From Nanobdellota archaeon (GTDB lineage: Archaea; Nanobdellota; Nanobdellia; Parvarchaeales; Parvarchaeaceae), in assembly GCA_021810345.1 (NCBI GenBank), contig JAJZIX010000002.1, positions 11,027 to 75,026 on the forward strand: 64,000 nt of DNA, read 5' to 3'. The notes under the pieces were generated by a model, which did not search any database, was not told where the DNA came from, and was given only the letters and a program-made list of their open reading frames with translations. Made by a program: the position numbers and the translations under genes. Shown one piece after another: positions 1 through 9,418 of this stretch (within the stretch, counting starts at the first letter, position 1; every line of letters begins with the position of its first letter).

Positions 1-721
1 GAGGGGCGCAGACTTGACTGCAGAGCTAACTTTGACCGTAGAGGAACTGTTTACGCTCAAAAACAAAGAGATTAAGGTAATGAGGAGTGTTCAATGTGCG
101 AAATGCTCTGGCACGGGCGCATCCGAAAGAGAAGTATGCAAAGTATGCGGAGGAACTGGCCGTGTCAGACGCACTTCCAGGCATTTCAATTCGACGTTTG
201 TAAGCATGGAAGAGTGCAGTGCATGCCATGGGAAAGGTTACATAACAGTCAAAAAATGCGATGCTTGTAATGGAAGAGGCAGGATAAACGTTGAAGAGAT
301 AGTTAGAGTCCCGATAAACAGCAACCTTATCAGTGGTTCTTATATTGTTTTGGAAGGGAAAGGCGATGCAGGGCCATCCGGCTATGGCAATCTGAATGTG
401 TTTATAAAAGTAGTGGGTGATGACAAGTTTTCTGTCGAAGATGGGAATATCGTGACTAAGCTGCACCTTGATATCAGGGATATGGTCGCTGGCTGTTACT
501 TAGAAATAGAAGCCCCTTATGGATTGGAGAAAATAAACCTGAGAAAGGGCGAGACAGGACCGATAATACTTAATGGAAAGGGCTTGATGAAGAAAAATGG
601 AAGAAGAGGCAGCTTCATAATACACTTGATACCGGATTTCCCGGAAATAGGGAAGAAGGAACTCGCAGAGCTAGAAAAGATATTAGGGAACAGAAAAGAG
701 CCGTACTTGTCATCCAAATAA
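1..721 (+). CDS. dnaJ: Chaperone DnaJ, C-terminal part (5' end lies outside the window); four CxxCxGxG zinc-finger repeats plus the C-terminal substrate-binding domains
   Basis: Translation from position 2 reads RGADLTAELTLTVEEL, matching the DnaJ G/F-to-CR transition. Four repeats follow: CAKCSGTG, CKVCGGTG, CSACHGKG, CDACNGRG. The frame is open to the window start. Confidence 0.8.
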   Translation, partial: RGADLTAELTLTVEELFTLKNKEIKVMRSVQCAKCSGTGASEREVCKVCGGTGRVRRTSRHFNSTFVSMEECSACHGKGYITVKKCDACNGRGRINVEEIVRVPINSNLISGSYIVLEGKGDAGPSGYGNLNVFIKVVGDDKFSVEDGNIVTKLHLDIRDMVAGCYLEIEAPYGLEKINLRKGETGPIILNGKGLMKKNGRRGSFIIHLIPDFPEIGKKELAELEKILGNRKEPYLSSK

Positions 722-731
722 AGCAGAATTT

Positions 732-1883
732 ATGGTAGCACATAAAAAACTCAAGATTGCTATATTCACTGATTCATACCTTCCAGCAGTCGATGGTGTT
801 GTGACCTATATAACAAGAACCCGCAAGGAGCTGGAGAGGAGAGGCCACAGGGTGTACATTTTCGCAGCCGGCAACAGCAGAACAAAGGAGCTATGTAGAA
901 AGGACAAAAGGCTTTTTGTTTTTAAGGGCGTAAAGTTCGTTAAATACAACCAGTACACTATCTCTTTGAATCCATACATGACTAAGATGATAAAGAAGAT
1001 AAAGCCCGACTTGATACATTCGCAGACTCCCTTCTCGATGGGGCTTATGGCCCTGGTTTCGAAAAACCTGTATAGTATCAAGATGATAAACACTTTTCAC
1101 ACGCTGGTAAATTCCGATGATATGGTGAAGAGCTATTTCAACAGCAATAAGGCAATAAAAAGCATATCCAAAAAGCTAGTTGAGATGTACTTTAAATGGT
1201 TCTATTCAAAGAGTGACTTGGTGATTGCGCCTAGCGATTATTCAAGGAAAGTATTGGAGAAAATCGGCCTAAGCAATGTTATCGTGATACCAAATGGAAT
1301 TGACCCGCAGCCTAAAGTTAACAAGTCCAGGGCCAGAAAAATGCTTGGGATAAGCGATGATTATAAGGTGCTGCTTTATCTTGGCAGGCTTGGATATGAG
1401 AAGAACCTGCGCACGCTCATATTAGCTGCGGGCGGATTTGTGGACAAAAATATCCTTTTAATTATAGCGGGGATGGGGCCAGCCCTCAATGAACTTAGAG
1501 AATTAGCGGCTGCAAACAATCTATCAAATGTAAGATTTGTCGGATTTGTGCCTGAAAACATGAAAAAGTACTATTACGCCTCCGCAGATATCTTTGTCAA
1601 TCCATCTATGATTGAGGTTCTGAGCACCGTTGATATAGAGGCGCTGTATACTGGTATACCAATACTTGTGCCCAAAAATTCGTCCCAGGAAAACCTTATT
1701 CTTGGGGGAAAGCGTGGGGAAACGTTTGACGGCAGCAGGCCGGATGATCTATGCGCTAAAGCTGCGCTAATGCTAAAAAACATCAAAAAATACTCACCCA
1801 AAAAAGGCATTGAAGAATACTCCCTAAAAAATTCAGTCAATAGTCTACTCTCGGCTTATTATTCAGTTTTGGAAAAAGGCTGA
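732..1883 (+). CDS. Glycosyltransferase, GT4 family (group 1)
   Basis: 383 aa with a two-Rossmann GT-B layout. The C-terminal half carries a GT4-like E-x7-E region, including ...NPSMIEVLSTVDIEALYTGIPIL. Confidence 0.6.
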   Translation: MVAHKKLKIAIFTDSYLPAVDGVVTYITRTRKELERRGHRVYIFAAGNSRTKELCRKDKRLFVFKGVKFVKYNQYTISLNPYMTKMIKKIKPDLIHSQTPFSMGLMALVSKNLYSIKMINTFHTLVNSDDMVKSYFNSNKAIKSISKKLVEMYFKWFYSKSDLVIAPSDYSRKVLEKIGLSNVIVIPNGIDPQPKVNKSRARKMLGISDDYKVLLYLGRLGYEKNLRTLILAAGGFVDKNILLIIAGMGPALNELRELAAANNLSNVRFVGFVPENMKKYYYASADIFVNPSMIEVLSTVDIEALYTGIPILVPKNSSQENLILGGKRGETFDGSRPDDLCAKAALMLKNIKKYSPKKGIEEYSLKNSVNSLLSAYYSVLEKG

Positions 1884-1923
1884 CATTTTTAAGGTTTAAA
1901 TAATTGAAACTGTTAATTAAGGT

Positions 1924-3345
1924 ATGCGAATCATAAGTATAGCGCTGATAGTTTTAGTGGTTCTTGTTGCTATAGGCAGCGTTCACGCCCTTAATATAAC
2001 CCCAACCAGCTTTACTTTGATTGGTGGGAAGATTTCATACATAAACATAACTTTTTACAACAACCAGAATATATCGGCGAATATCACCATAAACACCCAA
2101 AGTGCAGAGGTATCCTACGGTTATTATTTCTCGGCGATAGGTGTAAAACCAAACTCATTTGTAATACAGCCCGGGGGATCCCAGGTAGTGCTTTTCTCCT
2201 TCTCCACCAATGATGTGTTCTTCTCTTCTCCTGTGCAGATACAGATACCATATAGCATCAACGGCCGTCCTGAGAGCTTCACGCTTAATGCGCCGATAAT
2301 CCCGCCAAACCAGAGTCTTATCTATATATCGTCTATGTCAGCCCCAAAAACCATTTACCCTTCATCAGTGTTTGGCTTCAATCTGAGCGTAATAAATGGC
2401 TTAGGAGAAGTTGGGATCAACATCCCCTTCAAGTATAGCTTAATGCTGAACTCCAAAGTACTGTATTCTGGCAGCGAGAATGTAGTGCTTACGGGGCTAG
2501 GCTTAAACAACCTGCATTTCTCCCTGCCGATTAATACCTCCACAGCACCTGGGAATTATACGCTTCAAGCATCACTTGTCTATGTAGGAAACATGTCGAG
2601 CCTTAGCGAAGGCGTGTCGGTTCTTCCTTATTACTCAGTTTCGCGCAGTCAGCATACTTCCTCAAACGCATTTGGGATGTCGCAGACTGTTACGATAACG
2701 AATGCTGGCAATGTGAACGTACCAAAAAGTAATCTGTCTGTTCCTGTCAGCAGCTTTAATTCGCTTTTCCTGGTCTCTGCAAAATCTTCATTGGGCAGCG
2801 CTAGCGTATCAAAAGGCTTTCTGTCATCATCTATACCATACCTTCTGCCTGGCCAGAGCATAACCTTAAGTTATTCAGTTTCATACGTGCCTATATATAT
2901 AATCATCGCGCTCGCAATCGTAGCAATCGTGCTTTTCTTCTACTTCAATAGGAAAGCTGTCCTCAAGAAGGAAGTGGTAGAACACAAATCAACCGAAGGG
3001 TTTATAGACGTGAAGATCGCCCTTAGACTAAAGAATATATCAAAGCATCCGCTGACAGACATAGAAATCATCGAACCCGTCCCTCTGAATGCGCTAAAGG
3101 TATCCAACGCAGGCCAGAAAGAAGGAAAAATATCAAGAGTCAACGGCGCTCTGCGGGTTTCCTGGAAAGAGCAGGAGTTAAACCCTAAGGATGAGGTTAT
3201 ACTAATGTATGAGATTAAGAGCAAGATCGGGATAATCGGCAGCATGACTCTCAAGCCGGCTACTGTCAAATTCAAGTCGAATGGCAGGGCTTACCAGAGG
3301 AAATCCAACAGCCTTATACTCAATGTGACGCCCCCACGCAGATAA
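1924..3345 (+). CDS. Hypothetical cell-surface protein with an N-terminal signal/TM, a large extracellular region with many N-x-S/T sequons, a C-terminal TM anchor and a ~130 aa cytoplasmic tail
   Basis: The N-terminus is hydrophobic (MRIISIALIVLVVLVAIGSVHA). The extracellular part has many NIT/NIS/NQS sequons. A TM segment PIYIIIALAIVAIVLFFYF lies near residue 330. Confidence 0.5.
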   Translation: MRIISIALIVLVVLVAIGSVHALNITPTSFTLIGGKISYINITFYNNQNISANITINTQSAEVSYGYYFSAIGVKPNSFVIQPGGSQVVLFSFSTNDVFFSSPVQIQIPYSINGRPESFTLNAPIIPPNQSLIYISSMSAPKTIYPSSVFGFNLSVINGLGEVGINIPFKYSLMLNSKVLYSGSENVVLTGLGLNNLHFSLPINTSTAPGNYTLQASLVYVGNMSSLSEGVSVLPYYSVSRSQHTSSNAFGMSQTVTITNAGNVNVPKSNLSVPVSSFNSLFLVSAKSSLGSASVSKGFLSSSIPYLLPGQSITLSYSVSYVPIYIIIALAIVAIVLFFYFNRKAVLKKEVVEHKSTEGFIDVKIALRLKNISKHPLTDIEIIEPVPLNALKVSNAGQKEGKISRVNGALRVSWKEQELNPKDEVILMYEIKSKIGIIGSMTLKPATVKFKSNGRAYQRKSNSLILNVTPPRR

Positions 3346-3419
3346 AAATATTGGATTCTGTTCATATAAAGCCGTTTCCCGAAAGTATTTATATTTGCTG
3401 GATGCAATTCTAAGTTAAT

Positions 3420-3492
3420 GCCCCAATAGTCTAGTGGTCTAGGATCTCGCCCTGTCACGGCAAGGACGCGGGTTCGAATCCCGCTTGGGGCG
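3420..3492 (+). tRNA. tRNA-Asp (anticodon GTC)
   Basis: Acceptor stem GCCCCAA/TTGGGGC with discriminator G. T-arm GCGGG-TTCGAAT-CCCGC. Anticodon loop CTGTCAC places GTC at positions 34-36, but the anticodon stem pairs only 4 of 5. No encoded CCA. Confidence 0.7.
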
Positions 3493-3621
3493 TCTTGATT
3501 CAGTTTAGTTATCTTATCATCTTTAAATAAAGTTAGATATGGGGTTTAAGATACAACTTAAAATTATCAAGTGTTTTTAGTAAATAGATACGGATTTAAG
3601 TGCAAAAAACATATAAAAACA

Positions 3622-4074
3622 ATGGACATAAAAGAAGGAGACGTTTTCCCAAATTTCTCACTGGAAAGCGACAGTGGGACAGAGGTTTCGTTGGATAACC
3701 TTAAAGGCAGCGTGTCGGTCGTGTATTTTTATCCAAAGGATGACACACCCGGATGCACAAAGGAAGCGTGCAGTTTCAGGGACAACATAGACAAGTTCAA
3801 TGAGCTTGATACCCCAATTTATGGGATCAGCGTGGACAGTCCAGATTCTCATAGGAAATTCAAGGCAAAATACAACCTCAACTTCCCATTGCTCAGCGAT
3901 TATGAAAAGATATTGGTAAAAAAACTCGGGATAAAATCGTTGTCTGGCGTGGCTGAGAGGGTCACATTTGTTCTTGACAAGGATTCGAAAATTCTCAAGG
4001 TATACCCGCACGTTTCCCCGGATAAGCATTCGGATGAGCTTCTTTCATTTTTGTACGGTCTAAAATCCAAATAA
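3622..4074 (+). CDS. bcp: Peroxiredoxin, Bcp/thiol peroxidase family
   Basis: Has the peroxidatic Cys motif YPKDDTPGCTKEAC and an AhpC/TSA fold. The ORF track starts at 3571, but the internal ATG at 3622 (MDIKEG) is the more likely start. Confidence 0.7.
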   Translation: MDIKEGDVFPNFSLESDSGTEVSLDNLKGSVSVVYFYPKDDTPGCTKEACSFRDNIDKFNELDTPIYGISVDSPDSHRKFKAKYNLNFPLLSDYEKILVKKLGIKSLSGVAERVTFVLDKDSKILKVYPHVSPDKHSDELLSFLYGLKSK

Positions 4075-4079
4075 GCTAT

Positions 4080-4739
4080 ATGGTCGGTTTTAAATCTCTA
4101 AACCAAGCCCAAATAAATCAAGTGATAGGCATCCTAAGAAAAGAATACCCAAATGTAAAGTACTATCTGAATTTTTCCACCCCGGTGGAGCTTCTTGTCG
4201 CCGCTATACTGTCTGCGCAGACCAAGGACTCAGTGGTGAATTCGCTGACGCCGGCCCTTTTCAGCAAATATAAGACTATTGAAAACTTTGCATCCGCCTC
4301 TAAGTCTGATCTGCTAAAGTATACATCAAAGGTGTCGTTTGCCGATAAGAAAGTCGAGAACATCATCAAGGCTTGCAAGATCATACAAGAGAAGTATAGT
4401 GGTAAGGTCCCAAATAAGATGGATGATTTGGTCAGCCTGCCAGGCGTCGGGAGAAAGACCGCAAACACTATCCTTATCAATGCTTACGGAATAATTGAGG
4501 GGATACCGGTTGACACATGGGTTATAAAGCTCGCGTATAGGATAGGCTTGAGTGAGAGCAAAAAGCCGGACGATATAGAAAAAGATTTGATGAAAGAGCT
4601 CCCCAGAGCATATTGGAGTAAGATTGCCTATATTCTGAAGGAACATGGCCACAAGGTATGCCAGTCAACAGTGCCGATATGCAGTAGCTGTCCAATAAGG
4701 AGCTTATGCCCGAGAAACGGTGTGGTAGAAAGTAAATAG
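4080..4739 (+). CDS. nth: Endonuclease III (DNA glycosylase/AP lyase)
   Basis: Has the HhH-GPD motif LVSLPGVGRKTANTIL and a C-terminal 4Fe-4S loop CQSTVPICSSCPIRSLC (C-x6-C-x2-C-x5-C). Confidence 0.85.
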   Translation: MVGFKSLNQAQINQVIGILRKEYPNVKYYLNFSTPVELLVAAILSAQTKDSVVNSLTPALFSKYKTIENFASASKSDLLKYTSKVSFADKKVENIIKACKIIQEKYSGKVPNKMDDLVSLPGVGRKTANTILINAYGIIEGIPVDTWVIKLAYRIGLSESKKPDDIEKDLMKELPRAYWSKIAYILKEHGHKVCQSTVPICSSCPIRSLCPRNGVVESK

Positions 4740-4942
4740 AAGGTGTTTAGAAAACTGAATAAGCAAACGTCGCCGCATCAAGGTTTGATTTCAGTGCTTT
4801 GCGGCAAGCACGTTGTTCCGCATCACCAACGCAAACATTATAATCAGGTACAATATCGCCAACCCGATTATAAGCGGATTTACCATCTTTTCCCCCCACT
4901 ATTATATTGTTATTAGAATGCAACTTGCTTAAATATTTTTCT

Positions 4943-5701
4943 CTACTTGAGCAGCTCGAGAAATACCGGTGCGTGGTCTGAACCTTTCGTATTTTCAAGG
5001 ATTCCGGCGGATTTTACCTTGTTTTTCAGTTTTTCAGATACAACGAAGTAGTCGACTCTCCAACCTATGTTCCTTTCCCTGGACTTGTACATGTTGGACC
5101 ACCAGGTATAATGCCCTCCTTCATCTGTAAAGAGTCTAAAAGTATCTACGTGGCCGGATTGCAGAAAGCTCGTCATCCATTGCCTCTCTTTTTCAGTGAA
5201 GCCGGCATTGTTCGCATTTTCCGCAGGCCTTGCTATATCGATTTCCTCATGGGCTATGTTGAAGTCCCCTCCGAGTATTATTGGTTTCTTCTCTTCTAGC
5301 TTCCTGATAAATATGTTTATATCATTGCAAAAGGACAGCTTGTAGTCTAATCTTGACAGGTCTCTCCTTGAGTTTGGAAAATACGCGTTGATGACGTAGA
5401 AATCAGTGAATTCCATCGTCAGAACCCTGCCTTCTATGTCAAACATCGGGTTTCCTATGCCCTTAATTACACTTATTGGAGCAGCCTTTGAGAGCACCAT
5501 TACGCCGCTGTAACCTGCCCTTTCGGCAGCAAATGAGTACGGAGTATACCCGTCAAGGTGAAACCCAAATGGGATTTCAGACGATCTGGTTTCCTGAAAC
5601 ATCAAAATATCATAGTCAGACGCCTTTACGAATTTTTCTAGTCCCTTCTTGACTGCACTTTGCAGGCCGTTTATGTTCCATGACAGCAGTTTCATACGCA
5701 A
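4943..5701 (-). CDS. xth: Exodeoxyribonuclease III (AP endonuclease)
   Basis: 252 aa EEP-fold nuclease. It has MKLLSWNINGL, LMFQETR and GDFNIAHEEID, and ends with the SDHAPV motif. Confidence 0.85.
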   Translation of the reverse strand: MRMKLLSWNINGLQSAVKKGLEKFVKASDYDILMFQETRSSEIPFGFHLDGYTPYSFAAERAGYSGVMVLSKAAPISVIKGIGNPMFDIEGRVLTMEFTDFYVINAYFPNSRRDLSRLDYKLSFCNDINIFIRKLEEKKPIILGGDFNIAHEEIDIARPAENANNAGFTEKERQWMTSFLQSGHVDTFRLFTDEGGHYTWWSNMYKSRERNIGWRVDYFVVSEKLKNKVKSAGILENTKGSDHAPVFLELLK

Positions 5702-5729
5702 AATAATCCTTTTGTCTTTAAATCTACGC

Positions 5730-6440
5730 TTAGAATACAGGCTGGTCCTGAAATATCTGTATCCCCTTGTTTGTTATCTCGAATGGATGCATGCCGGCGC
5801 TGTGTGATGAAAATCTCAACTTTAGTATTGACACGGTCTTCTGGTAGAAATTCTCATTGTAGACCATAGAAAGCAGTATCACACCGTCTGATAAATACAG
5901 CGGTATAGCAAGGTCCTCAGACAGCTCAAGCTTGCTTATGTCGCCGTATTTCTCTATCGCTATGAGCGCAGTCCCAAATGATCTCAGCATATTAAACGTG
6001 TCTCCGAGGATGTTTCTCTGCAAGACTTGGTCTTTTATCTCCCATAAGAAAGGGGTCAGCGGATCTATAGCTATCCTAGAATGCTTTCCCTTCCTGCTTT
6101 CGAGTACTTTCGGTAACTCAACCGACAGGAAATTCTTGAAGTCATGCCCTGTCATCTTTGTGAATATGAAGTTGTTGTTTAGATTCTGCCTGAACTCCTG
6201 GAATCCCAGCGATTCAGCCTCTTTAAGGAATGAGTCAACATCCTGCTCGAGGCTTATATAGAATACTTTCTCTCCGTTTTTTAGCCCTTCCAGGAGGAAT
6301 TCTGTGGAGAAAATGCTTTTACCCGAACCAGGGGATCCGTATAGGACTAGAACGCTATTTTTAACCAGGCCTCCCCCCGATAGTGCATCAAACCCGGCTA
6401 TGCCGCTGCTTATTTTTTCAACCATATGAAATTGAGTCAT
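5730..6440 (-). CDS. KaiC/RadA-like RecA-superfamily ATPase (single domain)
   Basis: Walker A GSPGSGKS sits within GIAGFDALSGGGL...VLVLYGSPGSGKSIFSTEFL, typical of archaeal KaiC homologs. It overlaps the polX stop by 4 nt. Confidence 0.6.
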   Translation of the reverse strand: MTQFHMVEKISSGIAGFDALSGGGLVKNSVLVLYGSPGSGKSIFSTEFLLEGLKNGEKVFYISLEQDVDSFLKEAESLGFQEFRQNLNNNFIFTKMTGHDFKNFLSVELPKVLESRKGKHSRIAIDPLTPFLWEIKDQVLQRNILGDTFNMLRSFGTALIAIEKYGDISKLELSEDLAIPLYLSDGVILLSMVYNENFYQKTVSILKLRFSSHSAGMHPFEITNKGIQIFQDQPVF

Positions 6441-8140
6441 CTCCTTAATTTAAGTATATCGCTATACTTAAGTGCGTTTACCACATTCTTCTTTTCAAGC
6501 CACCCCCTTCTTGCGATCGCCGTTGCCAGCCTCAAAAACTTGAAGTGATCGACCCTGTGGGAGTCACTGCCGAGGGAGAACCTTATACCCTGCTCCTTTG
6601 CTTCCTTAACCATATCGAATGGCAAGTCAGATCGATCGGGGAACCCGTCTATCTCGAGAAGAGTATCATTTTTCTCACATGCATCAAATACTTTGTCGAA
6701 ATTGAGCGGCAGCGGGCTTCTCTGGTTTATTAGCCTGTCTGTTGGGTGTGCTACCGATGTTATCAAGCCGGTGTTTATGGCCTTTATCAGTCTGTCTGTA
6801 AGCTCTTCCCCGCCCATGTTCAGATTTTGATGAAGCGCCCCAAGCACAAAGTCCATATTTTTGAGTAGCCCGCTTGGTAGATCCAGCGACCCGTCTTTCA
6901 GTATTTCCAACTCAACACCCTTGAGTATTTTTACATTCGATTTTTCGTTCAGCTTGTCTATCTTCTTGTTTAAGACCCGGAATCTGTCTTCATCCAGGCC
7001 GTTTGCCACTCTGAGATTTTGGCTGTGGTTTGTGACAGCTATATAAGATAGCCCCGCCTTTTCTGCGGCTGCGACCATGGCCTCCAGGCCGTCTGCTCCG
7101 TCGCTGTCGTTCGTGTGGACATGGAGGTCGCCTACAACCTCATTGTATTCAATTATCTTAGGCAGCGTATGCGACAGAGAAGCCTCTATCTCACCCATAT
7201 TCTCACGCATCTCCGGCGGCATTATCTCTAACCCCAGGATTTTGTAAACTTCAGCCTCAGATTTACCGGCAATTCTGGTTTTGCCCTTGAATACACCATA
7301 CTCATTCAGCTTTAGCCCCTTTGATATCGCAATTTTCCTAAGTTTTACGTTGTGCTCTTTGTTGCCGGTAAAGTACTGTAGAGCTGCCCCAAATTCCTCC
7401 TTTTCGACGATCCTTAGGTCGCAGCTCAACCCTGCATCAAGGTCGACCGATGTTTTTTTGTCGCCTTTAACTATTATGTCTTTGACCTGCTTCATCTTTG
7501 TAAAATAGTCCATACCTGCTTTAGGGTTGTCAGAAACGCAAAGAATATCAAGATCCCCCACAGTCTCCTTCATCCTGCGCGTGGACCCTGCTATCTCAAC
7601 CTTCTCGAACAAGCCGCTTTTCGCAAGGTCATCCCTTAGCTTTTCCGCGTATTCTATCACAAGTCCAAGCAGCTTGCGACTCACATCTGTCTGGAGAAAG
7701 AAGTCCAGGTTCTTTTTTATCTCTTCTTCGCTCTTTTTTCCGAACCCGCTGAGCTCGCGTATCTCCTGTTTTTCCAGCGCTTTTTTAAGGTCATTTACAT
7801 CCTTTATACCAAGCTTTTTATACAGAACGTACAGTCTTTTTGGCCCGAGCCCCCTCATTTTCCTGAAGGTTGAGAAATCTATATTATACTTTTTCTTAAG
7901 CTTATCCCATTTTTCTATGTGCCCCGTTTTTATGTATTCCTCTATAGATCCGCCTATCGACTTGCCTATACCCTCGAGCTCCATCAGCTTTCCCTGCTTA
8001 TAGACATCAGATATATCGGCTCCAAGCGATAGAACCGTCAAAGCAGCAGTTCTGTATGCCCGCGGCTCCCATTGAACTCCTTCTATCTCAAGCATGTCAG
8101 CGATATCATACAACTTGTCTGCAAGTTCTTCGTTTGTCAT
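6437..8140 (-). CDS. polX: DNA polymerase X family (Pol beta-like) with a C-terminal PHP phosphoesterase domain
   Basis: 567 aa. N-terminal HhH region (LADKLYDIADMLEIEG...PRAYRTAA). Nucleotidyltransferase motif GSTRRMKETVGDLDIL. PHP histidines HVHTNDSDG ... NHS. Confidence 0.8.
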   Translation of the reverse strand: MTNEELADKLYDIADMLEIEGVQWEPRAYRTAALTVLSLGADISDVYKQGKLMELEGIGKSIGGSIEEYIKTGHIEKWDKLKKKYNIDFSTFRKMRGLGPKRLYVLYKKLGIKDVNDLKKALEKQEIRELSGFGKKSEEEIKKNLDFFLQTDVSRKLLGLVIEYAEKLRDDLAKSGLFEKVEIAGSTRRMKETVGDLDILCVSDNPKAGMDYFTKMKQVKDIIVKGDKKTSVDLDAGLSCDLRIVEKEEFGAALQYFTGNKEHNVKLRKIAISKGLKLNEYGVFKGKTRIAGKSEAEVYKILGLEIMPPEMRENMGEIEASLSHTLPKIIEYNEVVGDLHVHTNDSDGADGLEAMVAAAEKAGLSYIAVTNHSQNLRVANGLDEDRFRVLNKKIDKLNEKSNVKILKGVELEILKDGSLDLPSGLLKNMDFVLGALHQNLNMGGEELTDRLIKAINTGLITSVAHPTDRLINQRSPLPLNFDKVFDACEKNDTLLEIDGFPDRSDLPFDMVKEAKEQGIRFSLGSDSHRVDHFKFLRLATAIARRGWLEKKNVVNALKYSDILKLRR

Positions 8141-8143
8141 GTC

Positions 8144-9418
8144 TCACAGTTTCATTGCAAACGGCATTATGTCCGTTGCTTTCTTTATTTGGTTTATGTG
8201 GTTTGATCTGCATGAAGATTCGCTGAATTCCTTTGATGCCTTGAACTTGTCATTTGATATCAAAACAGGTATGTTGGAGTTTATGTGCCTTCTAAGGATG
8301 GAGGACGTTGCATGGTCGCATGTGATGATCAAGGAGTCTCCATTCGACTGGTTCAAGGCCGAAGAAAGCCGCTTTATCACTATTTTGTCGATTTTCTCCA
8401 GTATCATATACTTCTCGGTGTACTTTCCAAGGTGGGAAACTGCATCTGTCTGTTTTATGTGCAGGTATACTGCGTCGAATTTCCTGAGTGCAGCCGTGGT
8501 TGCCTCAGCCTTATTACTGAAGTCTATATTCAGATCCTGCTCTTCATGTACACCCTGGATTACGCTCATTCCAGCTGCCTTCGCTATACCCCTCTCCAGG
8601 GGCATCCCGACTACTGCCGCCCATCTTCTGCCGTACTTGTCGTTTATATCCGGCAGTTCTGGATCCGCTGCTGCTCCATCCCTCAGAAAAAGGTAATTTG
8701 GGACTTCAAGCCCCTCTTTCTTTCGGTCTTTGTAAACGCTTGACCTTTTTATTACATCCGATGATTTTTCCACAAATTCATTCAGTATTCCGGCTGTGTA
8801 AGCCGCTTCTGCTCTTTCCGCTTTTATCTTTTTGACTCTTTTTGATTTTACGTCTGTTGCAAAGCTCAGTTTTTTGCCGTGAGGGTAGAATTTTGCGGTG
8901 TATCCAAGCTCATTATTAGATACAAAGGGAGAGAAAGGCTTGTTTTTGCTTCTAAGAATGAGCCCACCGCGGTACCCTTCGCCGGACTTGAATTCGAATG
9001 GCACTTCTAGCTTTACTTTCTCATTTATCTCTGCCTCAAGCTGGTGCAGCTCCGGCTTTGACATGTAAACTCGCACTTCTTTCAGAAGGCCATTGTCAAC
9101 CCTGCCAAAATTTACTCTCAGGCTCAGATCCCCAGATCTTGGTTCCATACCAAGGCCAAGGCATTCAAACCACCCTCTGCCGGTTGAATACTTTATCGGG
9201 TCATACCCAAGATCGGCCATTACTCCCGAATCGCTCTGAGGCGCAAGCTTTCCAAGAACCGAAGGATAAGCCAGCACGGAGTGCTTCAGGAACGATGAAA
9301 GATTCGGCTTGTATGCATATTCCAATGGAGTCTTATTGTTGAGGGTTTTTATCGGGAGATCCGCCATTCCATCAATTATTAAAAAGACAGTCTTATTCAT
9401 TAAAACCAACCACTGCAA
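8144..9418 (-). CDS. apgM: 2,3-bisphosphoglycerate-independent phosphoglycerate mutase, archaeal type
   Basis: 424 aa. The N-terminus MNKTVFLIIDGMADLP and the metalloenzyme-superfamily architecture match archaeal iPGM (ApgM). Confidence 0.8.
   Translation of the reverse strand: MQWLVLMNKTVFLIIDGMADLPIKTLNNKTPLEYAYKPNLSSFLKHSVLAYPSVLGKLAPQSDSGVMADLGYDPIKYSTGRGWFECLGLGMEPRSGDLSLRVNFGRVDNGLLKEVRVYMSKPELHQLEAEINEKVKLEVPFEFKSGEGYRGGLILRSKNKPFSPFVSNNELGYTAKFYPHGKKLSFATDVKSKRVKKIKAERAEAAYTAGILNEFVEKSSDVIKRSSVYKDRKKEGLEVPNYLFLRDGAAADPELPDINDKYGRRWAAVVGMPLERGIAKAAGMSVIQGVHEEQDLNIDFSNKAEATTAALRKFDAVYLHIKQTDAVSHLGKYTEKYMILEKIDKIVIKRLSSALNQSNGDSLIITCDHATSSILRRHINSNIPVLISNDKFKASKEFSESSCRSNHINQIKKATDIMPFAMKL

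Noticed and set aside
3420-3492. Possibility that the tRNA is a pseudogene because of a C-A mismatch in the anticodon stem and a non-canonical D-arm
   Set aside because: The acceptor and T-arm are perfect and the anticodon loop is the canonical CUGUCAC of tRNA-Asp. A single mismatch is tolerated in many functional tRNAs. Kept as a tRNA at moderate confidence.
4747-4998. 83-aa minus-strand ORF between convergent nth and xth
   Set aside because: It sits in a convergent terminator region containing a GCCGCA...TGCGGC hairpin and T/A tracts. It has no motif and overlaps the xth 3' end, so it is probably non-coding.
6545-8696. Several plus-strand ORFs of 60-200 aa (6545-6733, 6861-7046, 7281-7508, 7527-8003, 8094-8696, 8285-8743) inside the polX and apgM genes
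   Set aside because: They lie entirely antisense to well-supported minus-strand genes with clear domain signatures. Their low-complexity Ser/Phe/Leu-rich translations are typical of spurious antisense frames.
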